Below, piece by piece: positions 1 to 9,169 of a stretch of DNA of 64,000 nucleotides. Numbering within the stretch: position 1 is the first letter of the stretch; each line of letters begins with the position of its first letter. This stretch comes from an uncultured Actinomycetes bacterium (GTDB lineage: Bacteria > Actinomycetota > UBA4738 > HRBIN12), in the NCBI GenBank assembly GCA_963832225.1, contig CAWHTI010000012.1, positions 690,692-754,691 of the forward strand. The letters are read 5' to 3'. Below the pieces are notes generated by a model. That model did not search any database. It was given only the letters and a program-made list of their open reading frames with translations, and was not told where the DNA came from. The translations under genes and the position numbers were made by a program.

Positions 1-1
1 C

Positions 2-682
2 ACCGTTGGGGACCACGAGATCGAGGTGTCGTTCGCTGGATACGGATCGTTCGGAGCGTCGTCAGCGACCACGACGCTCAAGGTGCGGCCCCCGGCGACC
101 GTCACGGTGCGCACGCGCGACGAGTTGCTCGCGCCGGGCACGCCGTTTGACGTCCACGCGCGGGTCACGCCGGTGCCGGCGTCGGGCACCGTCTCCTTCT
201 CCATCTCCGATTGGATCGACCCCTGCCGGGACCTGCCGATCGACCCGGTCACGGGTCGCGTGTCGTGCCACGTCGTGCCCGACGTGACCGGCCGCCACCG
301 TGCCGTCGTCTGGTTCTCGGGGAACGACGATCTCGCCGTCTCCGGCGGCTCCGTTCCGATCGTGTTGTCGACGTTCGACCTGGCCTTCGTGCACCCACGG
401 CGCGGCGCGACCGTCGAGCACGGGTCGCGGCTCGAGGTCGGCCTCGAACTGTCGGAGAACGCTCAACCCCTGGCCGGGCCTCTCGCGCCGGACGTCGTCG
501 AGCGATGTGGCGTGAAGGTGGTCGCGTTCGGACGTTCGTGGTGCGCCGATCGCTACGAGCGCGAGACCTTCTGGGTGCGGATGCGGATCCCGAACGACGC
601 CGAGGGTCGCGTGGTTCTCGACGCAGCGTTCCGTGGGTGGGGGCAACGGGTCGCGACGGCCACCCGCGCGATCTCCGTCTAG
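2..682 (+). CDS. hypothetical secreted/Ig-like domain protein, 5'-partial (continues upstream of window)
   Basis: Open frame runs from window edge (frame 2) to stop at 682; beta-rich, Ig-like low-complexity composition; no start inside window required. Confidence 0.4.
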   Translation, partial: TVGDHEIEVSFAGYGSFGASSATTTLKVRPPATVTVRTRDELLAPGTPFDVHARVTPVPASGTVSFSISDWIDPCRDLPIDPVTGRVSCHVVPDVTGRHRAVVWFSGNDDLAVSGGSVPIVLSTFDLAFVHPRRGATVEHGSRLEVGLELSENAQPLAGPLAPDVVERCGVKVVAFGRSWCADRYERETFWVRMRIPNDAEGRVVLDAAFRGWGQRVATATRAISV

Positions 683-801
683 AACTGATTCGGACCGCGA
701 CGCCCAACGTCGGGCGTGGTGTGGGCCGCCTCAACTTGACCGTCCGCTACCAACGTGCGATTGTATCGACACAATGATACAGACCGAATGAGGAGGCACC
801 G

Positions 802-1656
802 ATGTTGGGCCCCATCGAGGTTCTCGCGATCGTCGTGCTGGTCGTGGTCGTGCTGGTCGGGGTCACACGGCGCGCGAGCGCGGACGACGCCGATATCAGT
901 CGGTGGGCCGACGCCGCCGGGGTCGAGCTCACGTCCCAGAACGCCCCGGTCGTGCAGCGCTACCTCATCCGGCACCGGCACAGCCGCAGGGTGGGCGCGC
1001 TCGTCGGCTTCATCTCGCCGTGGCTCTATTCCGGCGTCTCGGGCACGACGTTCGACGAGGGTGCATGGGCTCTCACCCTGATGCTCGCCGGGTATCTGCT
1101 CGGTGCGTTGGTCGCCGAGGTCGGGGTGCATCGGTTCCGAGAGACCGAGACCACTGCCGTGATGCGACCTCGTCGCCTCGTCGACTATCTCTCGGTGCGC
1201 CTGCTCACGTTGCAGCGGGCCCTCGGCGTCGTCGCGTTGGCGATGATCCTGCCGTACGGTCTCCTCCAGCCCGACGCCGATATCGACCTCCCCGGCGTGG
1301 GTTCCATCGCGTTGTACGCGCTCGGTGGCGCATCGATCGCCGTCGTCGTCGAGATGATCGAGCGCCGGATCGTGGCACGCCGACAGTCGCTCGCGGACAT
1401 CACCGACGTCGAGGTCGACGACGCGATGCGATCCACCTCGATCCATACGGTCGCGGGAGCCGGCTTGGCCCTGCTCATCCAGTTCGCCGGCCCCCTGGTC
1501 GCACTCACCCTCGCCGCCGCGATCCCCGGGGAGGCGGGAGGGATCGTCGCCGGGGTGGTGATCGTCCTTGCGCTACTGCTCTCCTTCGTGTGTTGGATCA
1601 ACGTCGCTCACCCCACCGGCTTCCGGGTCCGGCGCGGTTTGCGGAGCTCAGGATGA
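802..1656 (+). CDS. integral membrane protein, unknown function
   Basis: 284-aa ORF with several hydrophobic helices (LAIVVLVVVVLVGV, LLIQFAGPLVALTLAAAIPG, VVIVLALLLSFVCWI); GAGGAGG RBS 6 nt upstream of ATG; stop overlaps downstream GntR start (ATGA). Confidence 0.6.
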   Translation: MLGPIEVLAIVVLVVVVLVGVTRRASADDADISRWADAAGVELTSQNAPVVQRYLIRHRHSRRVGALVGFISPWLYSGVSGTTFDEGAWALTLMLAGYLLGALVAEVGVHRFRETETTAVMRPRRLVDYLSVRLLTLQRALGVVALAMILPYGLLQPDADIDLPGVGSIALYALGGASIAVVVEMIERRIVARRQSLADITDVEVDDAMRSTSIHTVAGAGLALLIQFAGPLVALTLAAAIPGEAGGIVAGVVIVLALLLSFVCWINVAHPTGFRVRRGLRSSG

Positions 1657-2039
1657 TCGTCCGCGTGGAACCGTCCTCACCCGTTCCCCCCTTCGAGCAG
1701 ATCCGCATGCAGATCGCGACGATGACCCTCTCCGGCGTGCTCGTCGTGGGAGCACGGTTGCCGACGATCCGTCAGCTCGCGAAGGATCTCGGGGTCGCCG
1801 GCGGGACCGTCGCACGGGCGTACCGCGAGCTCGAAGCCGACGGAGTGATCGTGACGCGCGGGCGACACGGATCGTTCGTCGCCAAACCGAACCCGGCCGC
1901 GCGTGGCCGGTCCCGCGACGCGCTCCGCGACGCGGCGACCGCGTTCGCGGTGCGGGCTCATCAACTCGGGGCCGACCCGCAGGGTGCCTTGGAACTCGCA
2001 CGCCAGGCGCTCACGTCGCTCCCAGGGTCACGACCCTAG
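1653..2039 (+). CDS. GntR-family (YtrA-like short) transcriptional regulator
   Basis: 128-aa protein with winged HTH motif LPTIRQLAKDLGVAGGTVARAYRELEADGVIVTRGRHGSFV; ATG overlaps stop of upstream membrane protein gene (translational coupling). Confidence 0.8.
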   Translation: MIVRVEPSSPVPPFEQIRMQIATMTLSGVLVVGARLPTIRQLAKDLGVAGGTVARAYRELEADGVIVTRGRHGSFVAKPNPAARGRSRDALRDAATAFAVRAHQLGADPQGALELARQALTSLPGSRP

Positions 2040-2159
2040 GGCGCTCATGCTCCGGCTTCCGGGGCTCCCCGTCCGCGGCTCATCAACCCCGCACCATGAG
2101 GCGATCCAGGCGTGTGGTGGGCCCGTCCCGTGGACGGGCCCACCACATCCTGTCGGGGA

Positions 2160-2609
2160 CTACGCGCAATTGACGGGTTGCGCCTCGTCGATCCGCGGTG
2201 ATTGCCCGATCGGCACGCCGAGATACGTGGCGTTCAGTACGGTCGCGACCGTCCCTTCGTTCACCGCCTGGTGAACGACGCTCGGATGCTCGATGAAGAC
2301 CTCACCTGCGGTGTACGTGGTGCCCGCGCAGGCGGGATCGGACCCGCGATACAACGTGATCGATCCGCGGGCCACCCCGACGATGACCTTGCCGGGATGC
2401 GAATGCCATCCCGTGAGTCCGCCCGGTGCGAAGCTGAACTCCGTCACGACGATATCGCGATTGACGAAGTGTGCGGTGAGCTTCGGCACGGACTGACGTG
2501 CCAGCTCCGTGTTGACGGCGTTGCTTCCGGGCGTGGCGAGCGCCAGTCCCGTCACCGCCATGCCGATCGCGAGCGCCATGATGGCGATGATCGCCAGATT
2601 CCGTCTCAC
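2160..2609 (-). CDS. secreted cupin-domain protein
   Basis: Signal peptide (RRNLAIIAIMALAIGMAVTGLALATPGS) then cupin-like beta-barrel motifs (GWHSHPGKVIVGVARGSITLY, GEVFIEHPSVVHQAVNEG); GTG start preceded by GGAGG 5 nt upstream. Confidence 0.65.
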   Translation of the reverse strand: MRRNLAIIAIMALAIGMAVTGLALATPGSNAVNTELARQSVPKLTAHFVNRDIVVTEFSFAPGGLTGWHSHPGKVIVGVARGSITLYRGSDPACAGTTYTAGEVFIEHPSVVHQAVNEGTVATVLNATYLGVPIGQSPRIDEAQPVNCA

Positions 2610-2982
2610 GTCTGCCTCCCTCCGTCCGATCGGGGAGCGCAGCTTCGCACGCAGACCGTGCCGGCGCCAGCACGGAGCGGCCGAACCTTGCGCTACCCCT
2701 TGCCGCGTGTGCCCGGCGTCGCCGGAGCTCCTACGTGATCTGCGCAACTCCTCGTCCTGGTCACAACTCCACTTCTCTGTACGCGGGCGGCGTTGCTCGG
2801 GCGGCCGAGTCTAGCCCGGAGCAGCGTCGGAAGTACATCGTTCTTTCGGGTCCAGGTAGCTACGAGGGAGGGCGAGCGGCGGGGTGGCCCACGCCCGTGC
2901 GATGATGTTCGGCCGGCGGAGATCGTCGGATCTGCCCGGTCGCGACGACGCGGGCACAGCTGTCAACGAAGGTGGGGCGGCC

Positions 2983-3765
2983 ATGAGTCGGAGTGAGACG
3001 AACGGCGAGCGCGAACCTGAGGTGATCGCCGGATCGGCCGGCCCCGGGCAACCGGGACCTTCCCTGGGATGGCCCCGCTTGCAGATCATCGCGGCCGTCG
3101 CCGTCCTGGCGTCGCTGCTGATCCCCATGCTGATCACGCTCAGTCTGCAGCCCTTCCTCCTCGCGATGGCTGCCCCCTTCGTCATCGGGTTGCTCGTGAT
3201 GCGGGCCCGGCCACGGGTCGGGATCGTGTGGCTGGGCGTCGTTTCCCTGGCCGTTCTGCTGTTCAGTGCTCCGTTCCTGGTGGACGCGCTCGGCCATCCG
3301 GAGTCCGTGGTCGACTTCCTGCCGCTCTGCGTCTTCACGGTCGCCCTGCTCGTCGGCATGATCGCCGTCGTCCCGTCCCGCCGCTCGCGAACCGACGAGG
3401 CGTCGCGGGGAGCGCGCACGGTCGCCGTCGCGGCGGGTGCGGTCCTCCTCCTCGCCTGCATCGCCGCCGTGATCGCGTTCGCGGGCGTGGAGAGCGTCCC
3501 GGCACAGCCCGGCGACGTCGACGTGGTCGCGGAGGACATCGAGTTCCGTCCGGCCGCGATCGAGGCCACGGCCGGGAGCGTCTCGGTCCATGTCACGAAC
3601 GAGGACAACACTCGACACACCTTCACGATCGAGGAGCTCGGCGTCGACCTGAGCGTGCCGCCGAACAGCGAGCAGCGAGTCAGTTTCGACGCGGAGCCGG
3701 GAACCTACGTCTTCGAATGTCTCCCCCACGCTCCCGGGATGCAGGGCGAACTCGTCGTCAGGTGA
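2983..3765 (+). CDS. membrane-anchored cupredoxin (blue copper protein-like) protein
   Basis: Four N-terminal TM helices followed by a plastocyanin/azurin-like domain containing candidate type-1 Cu ligands (His in HTFTIEE, and C-L-P-H-A-P-G-M in FECLPHAPGMQGELVV). Confidence 0.6.
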   Translation: MSRSETNGEREPEVIAGSAGPGQPGPSLGWPRLQIIAAVAVLASLLIPMLITLSLQPFLLAMAAPFVIGLLVMRARPRVGIVWLGVVSLAVLLFSAPFLVDALGHPESVVDFLPLCVFTVALLVGMIAVVPSRRSRTDEASRGARTVAVAAGAVLLLACIAAVIAFAGVESVPAQPGDVDVVAEDIEFRPAAIEATAGSVSVHVTNEDNTRHTFTIEELGVDLSVPPNSEQRVSFDAEPGTYVFECLPHAPGMQGELVVR

Positions 3766-3818
3766 TTCCGCCCGGCGAGCATCTCCAAGCACCCGCCCGG
3801 GGCTGAACGGACGGCTCT

Positions 3819-5306
3819 GTGATCGTTGACCAGAGAGGTCTCGCTCACGTAGGTTGCCCTATCACGAACCCGGAGGCCCCGCTGCCACGACGACCAGCCC
3901 TTCGACTCGCCGGCGCGCTCGCCCTCCTCGCGTCGGTCGCCGGGACGCTCGCGGTCGCCCGCCCCGCTCGCGGTCCCTCCGTCCGGGCCGAGGACATGCC
4001 GCCCGACATCGTGTTCATCGTGACGGACGACATGCGGCTGGATCAGCTCTGGGCGATGCCGGTGGTGAACTCGAGGCTCGCCGGGCACGGGATGACGTTC
4101 ACGAACGCGTTCGTGCCGAATCCGTGGTGCTGCCCCAGCAGGGCAAGCATCCTCACCGGGACGTACTCGCACACCAACCTGGTCTACCGCAACTACGCGC
4201 CGTACGGCGGGTACGCGAGCTTCGACGCCTCGAGCACGGTCGCGACGTGGCTCGACGGCGCCGGGTATCACACGGGCCTCGTCGGCAAGTACCTGAACGG
4301 ATATCGGAGCGGCACTCCGCCCGGATGGGACGAATGGCACGCATTCTCGGGCGGCGTGTTGAACGAGGGCGGGGCATACTACGACTACGACTTCGTGGAC
4401 AACGGGCTCATCACCCATCGTGGGAAAGCTCCGAGCGACTACTCGACCGACGTCCTCGCTGGCCGCGCCGAGGCGTTCATCCATGACGCTCCCGCCGAGC
4501 AGCCGCTGTTCCTGTACTTCACTCCTTTCGCCCCGCACGGCCCACCGATCCCGGCAGATCGGCACGCCACGGCGTTCTCCTCCGTCGGATTCGAGCCGCG
4601 GCCGCCGAGCTTCAACGAGCGCGACGTCAGCGACAAGCCGGCATACATCCGGACGAAGCCCCGGCTCACCGACGAGGACATCGTCGGTGTCGACGCCGGT
4701 CGCAGGAAGATGCTGCGGACGCTCCTGGCCGTCGATGAGGCGATCGACCGGCTGCTCACCGCGCTGGCCGACACGGGCCGGCTCAGGTCCACACTCATCG
4801 TGTTCTCGTCGGACAACGGCCTGCTGCGGGGCGAGCATCGATGGACCTCGAAGCAAGCACCGTACGAGGAGGCGATCCGGGTTCCGCTCGTGATCCGCTA
4901 CGACCCACTCACCGTCGACGGAGCGACCGACCGGCATCTCGTGCTCAACATCGACTGGGCCCCCACCGTCGCCGACCTCGCCGGGGTCGAGGCGCCGGGC
5001 GCCGACGGCATGGCGATGACAGCGCTGCTGTCGGGGGCCCCGCGTCCGCAGTGGCGGCGCGAATTCCCGATCGAGCATCTCAAGGGAGGGTCGTACGACC
5101 CGGTGCCGACCTACTGCGCGGTGCGGACGAGAACCGCCACGTACGTCGCCTACTCGACCAAGGAGGAGGAGTTGTACGACCTCGTCCACGATCCCTTCGA
5201 GCTGCACAACCTCGCCCACGACCCCGCCTCGGAGCAGTTCAAGGCGTCGCTCCGAGCACGTGCCCAAGCCCTGTGCGATCCGGCTCCGCCCGGCTTCTCC
5301 TGGTAG
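3819..5306 (+). CDS. sulfatase (formylglycine-dependent arylsulfatase family)
   Basis: Signal peptide; the sulfatase signature C-C-P-S-R-A-S-I-L-T-G (CxPxR formylglycine motif) and the N-terminal metal-binding DD motif (IVFIVTDDMR); 495 aa intact. Confidence 0.85.
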   Translation: MIVDQRGLAHVGCPITNPEAPLPRRPALRLAGALALLASVAGTLAVARPARGPSVRAEDMPPDIVFIVTDDMRLDQLWAMPVVNSRLAGHGMTFTNAFVPNPWCCPSRASILTGTYSHTNLVYRNYAPYGGYASFDASSTVATWLDGAGYHTGLVGKYLNGYRSGTPPGWDEWHAFSGGVLNEGGAYYDYDFVDNGLITHRGKAPSDYSTDVLAGRAEAFIHDAPAEQPLFLYFTPFAPHGPPIPADRHATAFSSVGFEPRPPSFNERDVSDKPAYIRTKPRLTDEDIVGVDAGRRKMLRTLLAVDEAIDRLLTALADTGRLRSTLIVFSSDNGLLRGEHRWTSKQAPYEEAIRVPLVIRYDPLTVDGATDRHLVLNIDWAPTVADLAGVEAPGADGMAMTALLSGAPRPQWRREFPIEHLKGGSYDPVPTYCAVRTRTATYVAYSTKEEELYDLVHDPFELHNLAHDPASEQFKASLRARAQALCDPAPPGFSW

Positions 5307-5640
5307 CGGCATCCGGGGGGGACAGTGTTGGGCATCCTGATCTGGTGATCGTTGGATGGGGTGGCTTGCGGAGGCAATCCGAGGCGGCGCATGGTTGGTC
5401 CACACATCCAGAGGGATCCTCGGTCGCTGCTCTCACGGACGACGAGCAGGGGCAGCTCTGCACGACCGGGGACCTGACGTGGTCCGTGTCCAGAACAGAG
5501 ACCTCGTCATCCCAGGTCGCAGCTCCGATCCTCGATGCTCGGATCCGCGTCCGGTTCGATGCGCACAGCGTTGAGCCCGTCGTCGGATCAGGTCCTAACG
5601 AACGAGACCGAAGAGGAGACGCGCGTGGGCACGCCGTCGA

Positions 5641-6807
5641 TCAGGCGCGGCTCATGATCGTGCGCCGCAACAGCGCCGTGGCGATGGCCAGCAACCCCAC
5701 GGCGTAGACGGCGAGCACGGAGAGCTCGAGGCCAACCTCAGCCGGGCCCGCACCGGTCGTGATCGACGCCGTGAGCGATTCGATCGCCCATGCGTGTGGG
5801 GTGACGTGCGCGATCGTGTTCATCACCGGAGGAAAGATGTCGAGCGGAACCATGCACCCGCCCAGCGCCGCCAGCACCAATCCCAGGAACACACCGACGC
5901 TGCCGGCCTGCGCGGCGTCCTTCAGGATCGAGCCCATCACCATCGCCGCGCCGGTCGCCGCCAGGGCGAACAGCAACACCACCAGTCCCGTGGTGAGGGG
6001 ATCACCCCAATGGACCCGGAAGAGGAGCGCACAGCCCACCACGATCAGCGCGCCCTGGAGCAGCGCGATCGCGTAGCGCCCGAGCGTCTCCCCGGCCAGG
6101 ATCGTGCGCACGGTCGTGGGGGAGGCCAGCATGCGGCGCGTGATGCCGAGTCGTCGCGTCTCGATCAGCATGGATGAGGCCGACAGCGACGTCACGAAGA
6201 TGAACAGGACGAGCTCCTGCGCCGCGCCCGTGTCGAAGCCGCCGATGCCGCCGCCGCCGGCGATGCGCGTCGCGACCCGCACCCGGGGAAGATCCTGCGC
6301 CAGGGCCTCGGCGCGATCGAGCCCTTGGTCGAACCCGGCGGCGGCTCCCTCGTCGACCGCGAATCGCGCGGCGCTGATCTGGATGCTCTGCTCGTCCACG
6401 ACGGCGCCGACGGCGACCCGGAGCTCTTGGCCGGCACCGGTCTGGCGCGCCAGATACTCGAGGGACAGCGTCGCCCCCTCCCTGATCCGAGCGTCGTAGT
6501 CGGCGGGGATCACCAGACCGCCCTCGATCTCCCCTCGCTCGACGGCGGTTCGCAGCGCCTCCGCGTCCGCGAACGACTGCACATCCAGCCCCCCGGTCCG
6601 CTCCAGCCGTGCCGCGAGATCCTCGACGAGCACCCCGGACCCCTCGGCGACCACGCCGAGCCGCGGCGTGAATCCCGAGCCGAACGCGGCCCCGAGCGCC
6701 AGGATGATCAGGAACGGGAAGACGAACACGAAGAATATGGCGGTCTTGTCCCGCATGAGCCGTCGCAGGTTGGTCCCGGCGATCGCGAGCACCTTCCGGA
6801 TGTTCAT
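5641..6807 (-). CDS. ABC-2 type transporter permease
   Basis: 389-aa protein MNIRKVLAIAGTNLRRLMRDKTAIFFVFVFPFLIILALG..., 6 TM ABC-2 architecture; ATG overlaps stop of upstream permease (ATGA). Confidence 0.8.
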   Translation of the reverse strand: MNIRKVLAIAGTNLRRLMRDKTAIFFVFVFPFLIILALGAAFGSGFTPRLGVVAEGSGVLVEDLAARLERTGGLDVQSFADAEALRTAVERGEIEGGLVIPADYDARIREGATLSLEYLARQTGAGQELRVAVGAVVDEQSIQISAARFAVDEGAAAGFDQGLDRAEALAQDLPRVRVATRIAGGGGIGGFDTGAAQELVLFIFVTSLSASSMLIETRRLGITRRMLASPTTVRTILAGETLGRYAIALLQGALIVVGCALLFRVHWGDPLTTGLVVLLFALAATGAAMVMGSILKDAAQAGSVGVFLGLVLAALGGCMVPLDIFPPVMNTIAHVTPHAWAIESLTASITTGAGPAEVGLELSVLAVYAVGLLAIATALLRRTIMSRA

Positions 6808-7965
6808 CGAATCACCATCCGCCTCGCCCGACCCCACGCCATCGTCCCGGTGACGATCGCGATCCCCAGTACGGCCGCCAGCGGAACGGCGATCTCGGCG
6901 ATGGAGGCACCGAAGCTCAGGCGCTGGAAGCCGTCCATCAGCCACCCCTGCGGCGAGAGGAACCGCAGGGTGCCGAGGAGCCCTGCCTGCGAGATCGGGA
7001 AGAACGTCCCGCCAAGCAGGCCGCCCACGACCGCCACGATCGACACGTAGGAGCCGGCCTGTGAGGTGGTGGTTGCGAGCGTGGCGACGAGCGCCATCAC
7101 TCCGACCGCCGCGAGCACACCCGCCACCACCATCAAGGCGACCCCGGCCGGCCGGCCCCACGTCGCATCCAGCAACCACGTCGTCGCGACGACCAACAGC
7201 ACCGTGCTCACCAGGCCCATCGCGAAGCTCGCGAGCGCCTTGCCGCCGATCACCGACGCCGGACGGATCGGGGCCGCCAGGAGCCTCGCCAACGTGCCCT
7301 CCTCGCGCTCCTCCAGCAGTCCGCGGACGCCGAACTCCACCGCGAAGAACAGGAAGAACACCGCCATGCCGATCGCGAAGAAGGTCGACTGAGAGGCGAC
7401 CTGATCCTCGGCGTCGGCGGGTCGGATCTCCGCGGCGGGCGGAACCGCTCGGGCTCGCACCACCACCGCCGGGTCGACCGCCCCGCCGTCCAGCCCCGCG
7501 ATCACCGCGACGGACAGTCCGATCGCGTTCAGATCCGACACGAACGACCGGGCGAGCGAGGTGGCCACGAGCGCTCCGACACTCGAATCGGGGGACCCGA
7601 TCACCTCGATCGTGCCTCCCCGCCCGGCTTCCACGCTCGCGGCTGAACCCGGCGGGAAACACGATCGCGGCATCGATCTCGCCCCCGCCGGCCAGCGTTT
7701 CCGCCGCAGCCGCCGATCCCGTCGCCCGCAGGCGCACGAAGTCGAGGCTCCTCAGCAGTTCCGTGAACTCCAGAGGAAGAGTGCCCTCCGGGTCCTCGTT
7801 CGCAACGGCGAGGTTCGCCTCGAACCGGTCACCCTCGACGCCGCTCAGTGTCTGACTGAAGATCATCGCCATCGCGAACGGGAGGATCACCGCCACCAGC
7901 AGCGCCGTACGGTCGCGCATCCGCCGGCGCAGATCCTTGAGCGCGATCGTCCACGCGTCGCGCAC
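6804..7965 (-). pseudogene. ABC-2 type transporter permease, interrupted by a frameshift near 7640-7680
   Basis: N-terminal part (MRDAWTIALKDLRRRMRDRTALLVAVILPFAMAMIF...) in one frame from 7965; C-terminal TM bundle (ORF 6804..7673) in another frame; both halves have ABC-2 permease features. Confidence 0.65.
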
Positions 7966-7969
7966 CTCG

Positions 7970-8917
7970 TCACCCCTCGTCCCGCAGGGCCTTGCCGGTC
8001 AGGTGGAGGAAGACCGCCTCCAGGTTGGGCTCCTGCACCTCCATGGAGGTGATGCTCGTGCCCGTCGCGTCGACCGCGCGGACGATCTCGGCGAGGGAGG
8101 CGCGGACGTCGCGCGCGAGCAGATCGAGACCCCCGTCGCGGGCAACGGCCTCCTCGACGCCGGCCACCGCCTGCGCTGCCGTGGCCGCAGCTCGGAGGTC
8201 CCCACTGGCGTCGATGCGGAGACGGTCCCGCTCGCCGACCCTCGCGATCAGCTCTCGGCGGCTGCCCTCCGCCTTCAGCATGCCCTCGTCCAGGATGCCG
8301 ACGCGATCGCAGAGACGCTCCGCCTCCTCCATGTAGTGGGTGGTGTACAGCACGGCCATCCCCTCGGACGCGAGTGCCTCGACCGAGTCCAGGATGGCGT
8401 TGCGGCTCTGCGGGTCGACCCCGACCGTGGGCTCGTCCAGGACCAGCAGGGTGGGCTCGTTCAGCATGCCTAGGCCGATGTTGAGGCGACGCTTCATGCC
8501 GCCGGAGTAGGCGTCCGTGCGCTCGTCGGCCCGGTCGGCCAGGCCGATCGTCTCCAGGATGCGGTCGATCCGGGCCTCGAGATCACGCCCGGGCCGCGTG
8601 TAGAGCGTGCCGAAGAAGCGCAGGTTCTCCCGGCCTGTGAGGTCGGCGTAGATCGCGATCTCCTGCGGCACGTACCCGATCGCCGCCTTCGCTGCCAGGG
8701 TCTGTGTGTCCATTCGCTTGCCGTCGACGACGACGTCGCCGGCGTCGGGACGGAGCAGGCCACAGATGATGGAGATCGTGGTGGTCTTGCCCGCTCCGTT
8801 GGGTCCGAGCAGCCCGTAGGTCTCACCGGCTGCCACGGTGAAGCCGACGTCGACGACGGCCGGCCGGTCCCCGAAGGACTTGCGCAGACCCGTGCAGCCG
8901 AGTATCGCCTCACCCAT
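7970..8917 (-). CDS. ABC transporter ATP-binding protein
   Basis: Walker A GPNGAGKTT, ABC signature SGGMKRRL, Walker B LLVLDEPT; 315 aa; first gene of ATPase-permease-permease operon. Confidence 0.9.
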   Translation of the reverse strand: MGEAILGCTGLRKSFGDRPAVVDVGFTVAAGETYGLLGPNGAGKTTTISIICGLLRPDAGDVVVDGKRMDTQTLAAKAAIGYVPQEIAIYADLTGRENLRFFGTLYTRPGRDLEARIDRILETIGLADRADERTDAYSGGMKRRLNIGLGMLNEPTLLVLDEPTVGVDPQSRNAILDSVEALASEGMAVLYTTHYMEEAERLCDRVGILDEGMLKAEGSRRELIARVGERDRLRIDASGDLRAAATAAQAVAGVEEAVARDGGLDLLARDVRASLAEIVRAVDATGTSITSMEVQEPNLEAVFLHLTGKALRDEG

Positions 8918-9169
8918 CCGAACCCCCCGAACGTTGCGACGATGCCCCGGTCGCGGGACGGCGCCTCGTCGGTACGACCGCGTCAGGATGTGCTCGAGTC
9001 GCGGGGAGGACGCAACCCAGCAGCGCGGGCCCGGTCGCAGGGACGGTGGCAGGTATCGTCAGCTCGTAACACCCTGGGATGCCTGCCCGAACGGTCCGCA
9101 GGGGGCTGGCGTTCGACGGGCGGGTTCGCGGCACCGGGCGGCCCGATCACGACCGGAGGATGACGCGGC

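Noticed and set aside
3705-5405. 566-aa minus-strand ORF
   Set aside because: Antisense to the sulfatase gene, with Arg/Gly/Pro-rich composition and no recognisable domain. Shadow ORF.
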